From Takakia lepidozioides (Eukaryota; Plantae; Bryophyta), in assembly GCA_030704615.1 (NCBI GenBank), contig CM060732.1, positions 44,764,001 through 44,828,000 of the forward strand: a DNA stretch of 64,000 nt, given 5' to 3'. Positions 11,601 to 24,240 of the stretch are shown piece after piece. Position 1 is the first letter of the stretch, and each line of letters opens with the position of its first letter. The translations under genes were made by a program, and so were the position numbers. The notes beneath the pieces were generated by a model. That model was not told the origin of the DNA, made no database searches, and saw only the letters and a program-made list of their open reading frames with translations.

Positions 11601-14412
11601 GTGGTGTGTAATTCACAAGACAGTTGAAGGAAGTGTGATGAATAATATTGATGCGAAATCCAACCATACTGGAACACTACACACTTCGGATTTTCTGGTC
11701 ATGTTCCTGTGCATCTCTTTGATTGCCTGATAGCAGACCTCCAAACTCAACTTTTCATCTAGACGACACTCATTTTCCCTCAACACCCAAGAAAAGCATT
11801 GTCAGTTGCACACCTGGATTTGCGATGCCTATCCTGCATGTGACTGAGTTCGCCTGAACTTGGGAGAGCTCCTGTGTGTTCTTGGACGTGGTCTCCTATA
11901 GTCTCTTCACATGGCCATGTGCTTGCTCTTCTTGAACTTGCACTCATGAGAGTTGTGAGAGAAGTTGAATCAAGTTTCATAAGATGTGATGCAACTAGAT
12001 TGTCATGCAGTATCTGATTAGCTCTTTATTTAGTGAACCAAGAGTTGAAGGTTAAAGAAAGGATCAGGTGACAGCAACAACACCAAGTCAAGAAATGATG
12101 TCAGATAAAAAGACAATCCACCAGGGACGTTCTCAGTAACATATTTTTGGAAGGTGGGTATACATCTTCTCAAGGTCTTAAGAGAGGGACATGACCTTAA
12201 CTATCCCTCAGCTTCACGGTTTTTGTGCCTGCCTCTTCTTGACTGCAGATTAAAAAAAAATCTCAGGCATCCCTCTTTCTCCCGTCTCTCTGTGTGACTT
12301 TCCTGCAGACAAATCAAACATCTTTCCTTCTGTGCCCCCACCCCAAACTCTCCAGGAACATCCAAAGATAGAAATACAAACAAATAAGTGCTAGATGACC
12401 TAACAGCTGTAACCTTCGAGCTGAATATATTCTCTAAGAAGCTAGTGCTGGTAAAGACTTTCGTAGTGTCTGTCTCCAACTAATGGTTGTCAATAGTGCA
12501 AGGTCAGCTACCTTCACTAGTGCAACTTTAATATGCTAAGCAACATTTCTTATCACTTACATCCGGTGGTACTCACCCAGTTGGTTCTCTGCCAAATGCA
12601 GCCGGTCGCCGCCTTCCCTCTGTTGTTGCTCATTCAACCCATCCATTGCTGCTGTAACATCCTGGAGATCCTGCTGTAGATTTGCGATCTCCTTTCCCTG
12701 TCTCTGGTGCTCATCCTTCTTCGTATTTAAATCCTTGTCATAGTTTTTGATGTTTAAAGTGATGCGCTTAATTTCCTTTTCAGCTTCAGCAGTTCTGGGT
12801 GCTACAAAAAGATGTAACAGAAACAATGTTAGACCAAAAATATGACATACACAGAAGGTTTGTGATATGATGCCAAACCTGAATAGTGGAAAGCTTGCTA
12901 ATTGGGGTTGCAAACATACATTTCACACTGATGCTACACATGTATCAAAATGGACGAGATGGTTTGGGCCTTTCTGGAAAGCTGGCAACACTAACTCTGA
13001 AGAATGAATCTTCCATCGCGAAGATAACGCTTTCTACAAAGGGGGATGGAGGTAGAGTAGAAGAGACTTACAAACCTGAGGGAGTTGACACCCTTTGGAG
13101 CAAACTGATTGGAGCTAATAGAAGAGAAACTTTCCAATAGCTTGCCTAAAAACACTAACCTTTTTCTTGAATTCATTCCTTTTCTTGGCTATCCTCTTTT
13201 CACAGTGAAGGGCTTCCTTAGTATATGTAGCTTGCTCCTCCTCCTTCTCTCTAATCTCCGACTCCAGCTTCTCTTGCTCCCTACTCAACTCTTCCAAATT
13301 TGCTCCATCCACCTCAAGCTCTGCCTGCGTACTATCACAATCTTTCTCTGTATTGAAGAGCTGCCAGAGAAAGTACTTGGACTTGAATGATTTCTGTAAA
13401 CAATGTCAATACAGATCAATACTCTTAGGTTTCAGCACGAGCATGGAGAATCAATCCAAACAAATGGAAACCTTGACGATCTTGTACAACAAAGTTTTGC
13501 TTCCCGCAAGGACTTTCAAGCTTCAGGTGATGGGCACAATGTCACCTTCATACACTACTGAAGAGATGTTGTACTATTTGGCTTAACACAATGACTGGTA
13601 GCTCAAGAGTACCAGCTCCCCCTGCAGGCGCAGGTGCTTCTCTGCCTCTTCCTTTTGCTCCTTCTTCTGTTTCCTCTCCGCAGCAATGGTCCTTCTCCGC
13701 TGCCAAAGGAATGCTGATTCTCTTCTGCGCGGAGTTTCTGTACTTCCGAATCCTCGTGGTCTTTCTGGACCTCCTCAGACCCCGACATTTAGTCAAAGAG
13801 TCCAGTGAGCTCCTTCGGATTCTTGGAAGCAATGGACTCCACGTCCCCCTATTGGCCAGGAAAACATTCCCCATCCCGACCTTGTAAGCCCCTCGCCATT
13901 GCAAGCTACAACAATCTTCGCACCTCTTCGCCAAACTTTGATTTCGAGCAGTTACTCCAATACTGTAGGACACATAAAAACGACGGCAGTCTTAGAATTA
14001 CCTGAAAAACCAGAAAATTCCGGGCCTTCACGAGGATGCCAAGGCTTTTCAACTTGCTAGTGTAGTCTTCCCATGAAACAGCCTTGTTGTCGATGCGGTA
14101 ATCGCTCGCTCCATTGCTGGTTATCATTCTGGCATATTCAAGCTCCTCGCCACTTCCGGTCACATAAACTAGTTTCAGGACGCCCTCCTCCCTCTTTGCT
14201 CTCTTTCCTTATCCTCAAACGCGTGTATTAAGTCCTTCAGTTGCGCCCCTCGTAACTCCATCGACCGCACCCCTGGCGCAAAGCTAATGGCATCTATTAC
14301 ATTTGATTTCCCCGCTGCGTTAGGGCCGATAATGGCTGTGAAGTTCATGAAGGGGCCGATGATTTGGTGTTCAAGCCTGTCAATCCTCCCGGTAGCCACC
14401 GCTGCCGCCATC
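8620..14412 (-). pseudogene. SMC1: SMC1 cohesin subunit pseudogene (exon-intron structure retained)
   Basis: Colinear SMC1 pieces: N-terminal [21 protein letters not shown] (14412-14175); GILVKARNFLVFQ; coiled coil; hinge [16 protein letters not shown] (~11090-11150) and LLYAVGNTLVCD; HPLGDTAYLNLENDDEPFL (~9100-9180); C-terminal [16 protein letters not shown]...[15 protein letters not shown]. Disablements: LENFKSYKG deleted, Walker A G>A, frameshifts, and in-frame stops (ALDQ*ESL*AKE at ~9450). Confidence 0.92.
11291..11533. mobile_element. MITE-like insertion with ~45-bp inverted termini inside an SMC1 pseudo-exon
   Basis: caacctcctctatcacccaatccaagatttcaccctccatctcc (11291-) pairs with ggagatggaggtcgaaaccctggattggataatagaggaggttg (-11533). 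It splits ENQLLE / [11 protein letters not shown] not resolved. Confidence 0.65.
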
Positions 14413-15683
14413 TTCTCTCTCTCTCTCTCTCTCTTCCTTACGATTCTTCTTCCAGAATTCCTGTATTGGCATTGATCCCTGTTTCTCTCGCCATCTCCTA
14501 TGCAAGACGTGGGAAACGCATCGACTGGAGTAGTGAAGACGAGGCCTGTCCGCTTCCCGAGCACTCCCCCCGTAGCACGAACGAAGGTTGCGGGGTGGTG
14601 ATGAGAGATGGATGATGAAGAGAGGATTAAGATAAAACAGTTGTAAAAGGGGGGGTCTACAGGGAGCCGCCAAGGGTAAATAGAATTGTGCGGTCAGGCA
14701 TTTTGAACTGTTTATGGTGCTCCCCGGCTTTATCTCTCCCTACTCGGTGGAGTGGCAGAAAATTCAAGAAACCGAGAGAAACTCGGTCACGAGAGACTGG
14801 AGACCCGGGACGAGCGGAGAAGAGGACGGAGGGGCAATTGCGTCAAGATTGAAGGAAGAGAGCTTTTCTTTGTGATGAGCACTGGATCTGAGGGGCTCTT
14901 GCTTCGTTCTCTTGCTATTCTTGTTCGCTTGAGGAGCTGAGCGTTTCCATTGCAAACTGATCGCTGGCAGCTGCAGGCTTGGTTGGATTTGTGAGAACCG
15001 GTGCAGGTGAAAGCGCTAGTATTCAGTGGAAAATTAAACCCCTAGCCCATACTAAGATCTGTTCTTCTAAGGTAGATAAGTTAGCAAAGAAGCATCTACC
15101 ATACCTGTCAGGTTCCTGTAATCACCTGAGATGTCCCTTGATCTTCTTTGTAACATCGGCTAATCTTATCCGTCAGAGTATTGGTGAAGAATTGGGATGG
15201 AAGTTTAGCCATTTAGTATAGCAATTGCAGAAACAGGAGGAAAGCAGCCAGGAGTTATCGGTCCCTAAGAGACACGGGAGTCCATGGATCTGATCTGGAC
15301 CTAGGGTTCAATTTCGTCCGTGGCACCATAATGTAAAAGGAAAGTTTCATATAGACATGGCAATCGAGTGAACAAGTTTAAGCTCTCCTCGAGTTCTCTT
15401 AGGGAAGTGCCGAAGAGCAAAGGATAGCGCCGCTCAATCTATGACATTTTGTGTTGTGCTGCGTTTTTCGCTTGTTGAGTTGACTAAACGTACAATCGGT
15501 TTGATCTGTAAACAGAAATAGTGAGCGTAGACAGAAAACTTAATGCCCTGTCTCCCTGCCCTCGTGATTGCTGAGTTCATATTTTATGCGGCCTACAAAC
15601 TTCCAGACAGATATCGAATTTGGAATTAGTTCAAAGACAGGAAGCCATTTCTGATCAGCTCATGTGCGGTCGAATTTGCAATT

Positions 15684-18561
15684 ATGGCGTTGTCCTCTTT
15701 CCCCAGTGTGATTCAGATACCTGCTCTACATTCAGCTGTACAGAGGACTTCTGCAGCGACCACTGTAGAGAGAAAGTGGGGGCGGACCGGTAGCATCAGG
15801 CACGCTCAAAGGGAAAGATGCCAAGACCTCGTGCACCAGCTGTTCCATCAAGTGCAGAGGTCCAGCGATCTGTCCAAAGAATGCAGCTTTCACTTATTGG
15901 GGCAGTCACTGGGCTTCTCCAACCGCTACTCCAAAAATAAACTTGTGGCTAGAGCTTCCAGAAAGGATTATCGGAGCAGCGATGCCACAGGACAAAAGGC
16001 TGAGGAGCCTTTCAGGCAAGCTATATTTGAGTTGGAGTACATGGTCAAGGAGCCGGCAGAGGTACTGCGAGGTATGCAAGAAAGGCTTTCTGCAAGAGAC
16101 TTGGAGATAGTGCTAACATACTTTGCCCAGGAGGGTCGTGATTCATGGTGCGCGCTTGAAGTCTATGAATGGATGCACAGAGAAAATCGTGTTGGAGATG
16201 ATACACAGAAACTGATGATGACTATAATGTACAATTGGGTCATGAAATTGGTTCATGGGAAACAGCCTGTGGAAGAGGTGAAGAGCTTGCTACAGGTGAG
16301 ATACCTTTACTCAATGCATGTTTTTTCTTGTTATACAGTTAATCTGTTTATCATAAATATGGACCCCTCAGGAATCTACATTTCAATGTCACCAGTAGCT
16401 GACTTTGTCAATTTTGTTATTTCCAGTTCTCCCAATCTCAACTTTCTCGAACATACCTTTGGAATCCTTTGAAAACCATGCTGAACACAACTATTTTCCT
16501 CTCTTTCCAGTCAGTAAATTATGGTGGCTTTGATACACTTGTGCTGCAGATTGTCTAGTTCCTTGATGGAACCTAGAAGCCACACAAAGCTCGTCTGACC
16601 TGCCTTCAATTAATAGCTGTTTATTTCAACAACATTTCACCCTGTTTTGACTTTGGTTCACCCCAGTGTATTGTTTTGGGTTGGAGGGAGGTGAGAGCAT
16701 ATGAAGATCTGATTACTGTTCTAATTGGTGTTGCTCCATCCTCTCATAGGACATGGACTGTGTGGGCCTGAAGCCTGAGTTCCACATCATGCAATCCATC
16801 ATCAGTGCATATTGGGACAAGGACCGGAAAGCGGAGGCACTGAGTTTTGTGAAGGAAATGCTGGACTCAGGGCTCGACACCAATGGCCAAGATCCTGTCA
16901 CATTTCTACTACTCAAGATGGTGCAAGCTGGTGAACAGAAGGAGGCTCTTGAGTTGATTCGCCACCTGCGGGGCTGTGGCTTTAAGCTCCAGGGGTCGAC
17001 CTTCAGTGCTGCACTTTTGGCAGCAATTAAGGAACAAGAGCAGGTATCTGTGTATGGATGTTTGATTAGACATGAATCCTCCTTTGCTGGTTAGTTTACT
17101 GGAACCCGTTGATTACATTGTCTGCCAGGCTCCTGGGGCTGCCACCTGGCATTTTTGTGGACAAAGCGCATTGTTTAGAGAAACAGATCTGCCAGTTGGG
17201 TTGAATATTGAAGAGGCTGTGATCAAGGAATTTGTTCATCAGTTTATTTATTTTAGTCATCAAAACGATGTTTGTTGAGAGGTTTAGTTGGCGTGAGAGT
17301 ACTGTTTCTATCTTTGAACCTTGGACTCTCTAGAATTGAGTTGCTTGGCAGCCTGCATGAAAGTGTTCATTCCAAAAACTAACGCCAACGTTTGTTGATG
17401 GCAGTTTACAAAAATACAGCGCCAGCTGAAGACTTATGTGAGTAGGGGCTTAATAGGTAAGTTGAAGATGCATGATCTTGAGGCCTTGAAAGCCTATGAA
17501 GAGGGTCTTCATAAGGAGGCTGAAGAGATTGCACTGTGGGCTTCTGAGGGAGAACTCCCTGATGCAATGCCAGATATCAATAAAGCTGCCATCTATGAGC
17601 GCTTGCTAGCTATGTACTGTATTGCGGGGAAGGCACTGGAGGCAGAGCGTGCTCTATGGCAAATGAAGCTCGCCGGGCGACAGCCCTCCATCGAAATGTT
17701 CAACACTATTGTTGGCATTTATGGGTTTCGCAACCAGAGGGAAGCTGCTTTACGCATCATATGCAGGTAAATAATTGCTGCATGCTTGTGGGTATTCCTT
17801 ATTCCAGGTTTCTTCTCTTCTTCTATTTTTCCTTAGAAATCTCTGCTCCTTGTTTCAGATTTTTTCTAGTGCTCATTCTGTTTTCTATTATATCCTTCTC
17901 ACTAAGAGCTTCTTTGTTTGTTTTGCATATGGCCTCCTCATTCTCGGTTATTTGGATTTCAGTGTCCTGACATGATACAGCATTAAATGGGTCCACATTT
18001 GAACTCAAAATTCAATGTTGCAATTGCAACAATGTGGGCATCCAGCAATTTGAGACACAAAGATTGAAGGAATGAGCTCTAGAGTTGTTTCTGAACTATA
18101 CCTGGTCAGTACATTTCTACCAGGGGAGAGGGCTTGTGCTGGAGTTTATCTTTTCCAGGAAATTATATGAGGAGACTATATCTTCTGGTCAAAGATATAT
18201 GTGAAATGACAGGTGATCTAATGTTAACCATTATGACACCACACCAATATTGTTGGGTGAGTGCAGGATGGAGGAGGTAGGACCAGCACCCACAAAGAAG
18301 ACGTATAGTGTCTTGATTGGGGGCCTTTTAAAAGGGGGCAACTATGAGGAAGCCTCACATGCCTTGCACCAGATGTTGGACAGGGCACTTCGTCCAGATC
18401 CCCATGTTATGTTGGCAGTATTGCGTTCCTTACAAAAAAGAGATCTAGTGACCACATATCTGGGCCTTTGCAAGACCCTTGCACAAGTGGGGATGATCGA
18501 GCACTGCATCCTGTATGTTTACATCGATGTGGTCAATCTCTGTATTATCCGGATGTTGTGA
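15684..18561 (+). CDS. Chloroplast P-type pentatricopeptide repeat protein (resembles Arabidopsis At2g30100)
   Basis: Transit-peptide-like N-terminus; conserved YFAQEGRDSWCALEVYEW; PPR motifs such as PSIEMFNTIVGIYG and PTKKTYSVLIGGLLKGGNYEEA. Exons ~15684-16295, 16751-17043, 17405-17766, 18267-18561. Confidence 0.9.
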
Positions 18562-21523
18562 ATATCTGCAGTCACTGTAAATTTTGGTGTAAATAATCAA
18601 ATTTGACGGCACCGGCAAATGTCAACTCTCCTTGCCACAGCATTACTTTGCCTCTGCTGCACCTGTGCCAATGGCTGGCTCAATGGACGATCCTTAGATG
18701 CAATAGGATCTGCTGATGTAAGTATTACAGTTTAGTATTGAGTTCATTTGGTTCGAAATGTATGCAGGGATTCTGGGGGTGTACAGATTTATGGACATTT
18801 TGAGTCAGCTTCACAGCAGGCCTGTAATCTTTAAATGTATATTGTAATGCTGTAGTCATGAAGCTTCAGCCTATGTGGACTGATTGTTCCTGTGTTTGTC
18901 CATTGTGTTTCAGCCCCATCATGGTTAGTGTAGGCTGTAGGACATTCTCTTTCTTTTGCTGTGCTTTGTCAACCGGTCGATATTTTCCTGCTTTGATGTA
19001 AAAACTGGTCATGGAGAAACTTCCCCATGTAGCGAATTTGGGCACTTCCAAATGAGCATGGAGACTCTAGTTGTAGAATAGAGCAGTTGAGGCAGACGGG
19101 TTGTCCAACCTCAAGGACTTTATCATTTAATTGTTGCATACCTTGCTTGTTTGTGACAACAAATATAGGGATTTGCATATTATCACAAAGTTTGCCAAAA
19201 TCTGTCATAAAGTTAGGGAAGCTGTACCCCTGTTGCTGATTGCACACCCTATTTAGGGTGATTGGGAGTGACTTGTGATTCACAAGGAGAACACACACCC
19301 AATATCCCTTGATATATCCTCGTGTACATGCAGTAACCAGATTGAGATTCTTACTCTCTCAAGAATGCTCTATGGGACAGAACCAAAAACAATTGTTGAC
19401 CTTGGCTGAAGTGAGTGGAGAATGGTCGACTTGGCTGACAGCAAACTCCTCTCATGGGTTTTGAATTAGACCTGTGTGCTACAATGCCCTCTTGTGTTCC
19501 CCCAGCAATGAAGTCATGCTTGGATGACTTCACCCTCCAGTAGCTTGCCAACACAGTTGATAGTTGTTGGGCCAACTTCCATGTATCGGCAGTCGACCAA
19601 GTTGGCAGTAGATGACAAAAATGACAACTTGCTTCCATGCCTTAATTTTCGCTGGCGCCCAGATATCGGTGACTAACTTCGGTGAGTGCAATACCTAGGA
19701 ATTTGGAATGGGTTGGTATCGCGTGAGCACGGCCTGCGCATGAGCACAACCCACGGTCATGGGAGTTTTATGATTTTTTAACCTCGGTCATAGGAGTTCT
19801 ATATTTTCAGAATGGAATAAAACCATAAGCGGATATAGAGGATTGGTGCATTTATGCAGTACAACTTGCACCAATCCAGTGAGGCAAAACCTTCAGTAGT
19901 GTAGCCAGAAACCTTAAACCTATAGCGGTGGGCGGCGAGTTTCGCATTGAGAAATATTTGGTGATATGGGCACAAACCTAAGCAGTGGTGGGTTTCACAT
20001 TGAGGAAAGAGAACCTTAATAGAAAAAATATCGCAACAATTTCTTGCAACGAAAACAAAATAGTTGCAATTGATACAAAATACAATTCTAATGCTATTGA
20101 AATGTGATGCTAAATAGAACTCAAAAAATGTATTTGTTCCCTCGTCCGAAAATAACACCAACCACACAGTAAGTAGAAAATATAGCGATATTTGATTGAA
20201 ATGATTACAGGTTAATATAGACAAAATAACAAATGAGGATACTTTCGCTTACTGAAATTTTCTTTAGGAACGGAGTTAACATGTATATCTGTCATTTAAA
20301 TAATCAATAAAACCAAGATATTCCTTCTTGTGCCGTGAATTTTTAGCACAGAATCTGATAAGGTCTGAGATTGTTTCGCTTTGATAACATCAATGTTGAC
20401 AATTTTTAGTAATGAATTCAAAGATTGAAAAAGGTCATGCAGGTTTTTTAGCACAAACACTGTTAGAGAAGAGTTTCGTGTTGAGAAACTCTTTTGTTAT
20501 GACGATGCAATTCAAATCCGAACTTAGTCCATATCTCTCCATATTGGTTTAAAAACATGTAGGTTCTTTAACAAAAACACTGTCAAGGAGTAGTTTCGTG
20601 TTGAGAAACTCTTTGTTATGGCGATGCAATTTAAATCCCTTAGTCCATTTCCCTCCTTATTGGTTCCAAAGCATGCAGGTTTTTTAACCGAAACACTGTT
20701 AGAGAAGAGTTTTGTGTTGAGAAACTTTTTTATTTTGGCGATGCAATTCAAATCCCTCAGTCCATTTCTCTCCATATTGGTTTCAAAAGCATGGAGGTTT
20801 TTTAACAAAAACACTCTCAGAAAAGAGGTTCGTGTTGAGAAACTCTTGTGCAGGCAAATAAGTTCACATCCCTCAGTTCATATCCCGCCATATTGGTTAA
20901 AAAACATGCAGTCTTTTGTGCATGTTTTTGAACCAAAACAATGTTAGACGAGAGTTTCGTGTTGAGAAACTTTTTTGTCAAGGCGAAAAAGTTCAAATCC
21001 CTAAGTTAGTATCCCTCCTTATTGTTCCAAATTCATGCAGGTTTTTCAACAAAAACACTATTAGAGAAGAGTTTTGTGTTGAGAAACTCTTTTGCTACGT
21101 TGAACTAGTAGTTCATATCCCTGAGTTCATATCTCTCCCTATTGGTTCTAAAGCATGCAGATTCTTAAACCATAACATTGTCAGACAAACGTTTCGTGTT
21201 GAGAAACTTTTTTTTTATGGCAAATGAGTTCAATCCCTCGATCCGTATCCCTCCATATTGTTTCAAAAGTACGCAGATTTTTGTACACAACCACAGTCGG
21301 ATAAGAGTTTCGTGTTGAAAAACTCTTTTATTACGGCGAAATATTTCAAAGTTTTTAGTTCATATCCCTCCATAGACTGAGTGATTTAAATTGCTTCGCC
21401 ACAACAAAAAAAAATTCTCAACACGAAACTCTTCTTTGACAGTGTTTTTGTTCAAAAACATGTATGCTTTTGAACCAATATGGAAGGATATGGACTGAGG
21501 GATTTGAATTACTTCGTCATAAC

Positions 21524-22171
21524 TCTCACGGACATATCCCTGATAAACTTACCAGGAGTAAATACCAGAAGTTATCAAGTTACTATATTAGCAAAAGTTA
21601 TCGTGATGTACCATGATCTATCATGATTTATCATAAATTACCATTAGTTACTAAGTTACCGTGAGTTTATCAAATTATCGAGAGTAACTTGGGAAACTGG
21701 TCAGGAAGCTTCATTTGGAGAAAACTTCTCCATCAAGATACATTTTTTGCTTAAAGAAACTTCTCCATCAAGATACCTCATTTATTTAAGGAAACTTCTC
21801 CATCAAGCAATCTCCCTTGGGGAAGTTTCTTAAGGAACTTCCTAATACCCAGTATATATAGGAGGCGAAACTGGACACTCTTCAGTCTCGCCAACACAAG
21901 TTCAAGTTACTCTTGTCCCAAGTCCCAGTACTCCAGTCCGCTTCCAATACTCTAGTCCAGTTTCCAGTATCTGGTACCACAGTCCAGTTTCTAGCATTCC
22001 AGTATTCGAGTCGAGTTCCAGTATCTTGTACTCTTGTCCATTGTTATAAAGATTATCTTGTGTCATGTTTACCCATCATGCATTCGGCCACGCTTACCTT
22101 GACTTCTTGTCTAGTCTTGTACCTCTAGTCTGATATCTTGTTTGTGTTCAGTTACGTTCTCGTTCTTGACA
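21524..22171 (+). mobile_element. Solo LTR
   Basis: T(c/g)TCACGG...TTGACA termini, exact 5-bp TSD ATAAC (21519-21523 / 22172-22176), internal TATATATA at ~21853. Confidence 0.88.
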
Positions 22172-22380
22172 ATAACAAAAAAAATTCTCAACACGAAACT
22201 CTTTTCTAACAGTGTTTGTGCTCAAAAACCTACATGCTTCGGAACAAAGGTCCAATATGAAGGTATATGGACTGATGGATTTGAATTGCTTCGATATAAC
22301 AAAAGAGTTTCTCAACACGACTTTTCTCTCACAGTGTTTTTGTTAAAAAACCTACATGCTTTTGAACCAATATGGAAAGG

Positions 22381-22981
22381 TGTCAAGGACGAGAATATGA
22401 CTGAACACAAACAAGAGATCAGACTAGAGGTAAAGACTAGACAAGAAGTCAATGTCGGGCGTGTCGTATGCATGGTTGATAAACATGAATCAAAGATAAT
22501 CTTTATAACAATGGACAAGAGTACAAGATACTGGAACTCGACTTGAATACTGAAATGTTGGAAACTGGACTGGAGTACCAGATACTGGAAACTGGACTAG
22601 AGTACTTGAACTGGAAACAAGAGTAGTTTGAACTTGTGTTGACAAAATTGAAGTGTGTCCAGTCTCGTCTCCTATATATAACAGCTACTAAGAAGTTTCA
22701 TAAGAAGCTTTCCCAATGAAAGTTTCTTGACGGAGAAGTTTCCAAGGTTAAATAAAGGTTTCTTGATGGAGAAGTTTCCTTAAACAAATGAGGTATCTTA
22801 ATGGTGAAGTTTCCTCCAAATGAAGCTCCCGGAGTAGTTTTCCAAGTTACCCTCGGTAACTTGATAACTTATGGTAACTTATGGTAAATTATAGTAAATT
22901 ATGGTAACTTTTGGTAATATGGTCATTTGGTAACTTCTGGTATTTATTCCTAGTAAGTTCCTCTGGGCTATGTCCGTGACA
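22381..22981 (-). mobile_element. Solo LTR, same family as 21524-22171, opposite orientation
   Basis: TGTCA...TGACA termini; reverse-complement similarity to the first LTR along its length; degenerate TSD aaagg/gaggg. Confidence 0.85.
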
Positions 22982-23789
22982 GAGGGATATGGACTGAGAG
23001 ATTTGAATTGCTTTGTCATAACAAAAGAGTTTATCAACACGGAACTCTTCTCTAATAGTGTTTGTGCTCAAAAACCTACATGCTTCGGAACCAAGGTCCA
23101 ATATGGAGGGATATGGACTGAGGAATTTGAATTTGCTTCGCCACAACAAAAAAGTTTCTCAACTCGAAACTCTTCTTTGATAGTGTTTTTGTTCAAAACC
23201 CTGCATGCTTTTGAACCAATGTGGAGAGATATGGACTGAAGGATTTGAATTTTTTCGCCTTGACAAAAGAGTTTCTTAACACGAAACTCTTCTCTGACAG
23301 TGTTTTTGTTAAAAAACGTGCATGCTTTTGAACCAATATGGAGGGACATGGACTGAGGGATTTGAATTACTTCGCCATAACAAAAGAGTTTCTCAACACG
23401 AAATTCTTCTCTGACAATATTTTTGTTCAAAGACATGCATAGTTTTGAACCAATATGGAGGAATAGGGACGGAAAGATTTGAATTGTTTTGCCATAACAA
23501 AAAAGTTTCTTAACACGAAACTTTAATTTGACAATAATTGTGTTAGAAAAATCTGCATCATTTTGAATAAATATGAAGGGATATGAACTGAGGGATTTGA
23601 ACTCTTTGCCGTGACAGAAGAGGAGCTCAACACGAAACTCTACGGTGACATTGATTTTGTGATTCCTTGTGGATCAATAGCTACAATAAACCTGCATGGG
23701 TAGATGGTCAACTAAAGGCACGTTTAAAAAACAAGCCAAATGGGGGGCTCAAATAGTGTGCGGTGCCGCACATTGTTTGAGCTTCCAAT

Positions 23790-24240
23790 TCGGGGTGGCA
23801 AACGCACACAAACGTGATGTGGTCGGGCTTCACCCCTTCGCACATCATTTGCTCATAGATCTCTAAGGCCTCCATCCCGCACCTTTGTTGTGCATACCCT
23901 GCAAGTATGGCGTTCCACAACACCAAATCTCGTTCAGCTATAGTGTGGAAACTCCCTCCACATCCTCAATGCTCCCACATTTGGCATACATGTCCACTAG
24001 GGTGGTGTGCAAGATGACATCTGGTACAATTCCAGCTTTGACGATGCAAGCATGGACTTCTTTGCCCTTTTCCAGAGCTGCCAGGCTTGCACACGCACTG
24101 CAAACACACACAAACGTGATGTAGTCGGGCTTCACCCCTTCGCACATCATTTGCTCATAGGTCTCCGAAGCCTCCATCCCGCGCCCCTCCTGTGCATACC
24201 CTGCGTTGGGCAGTGTTCAGAATGACATCTGGTACAATTC
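23790..24240 (-). pseudogene. PLS-class PPR gene fragment captured inside element A
   Basis: P-L-S motifs: EQMMCEGVKPDYITFVCVCSACASLAALEKGKEVHACIVKAG..DVILHTTLVDMYAKCGSIED and VLWNAILAGYAQQ. Frameshifted and flanked by satellite units. Confidence 0.88.

Noticed and set aside
15270-15330. tRNA-like 3' end (ggttcaatt...ggcacca)
   Set aside because: No A-box or cloverleaf could be built.
20430-23650. CRISPR-like array (palindromic repeat at regular spacing)
   Set aside because: The intervening sequences are homologous to each other rather than unique spacers, the context is eukaryotic, and no cas genes are present.
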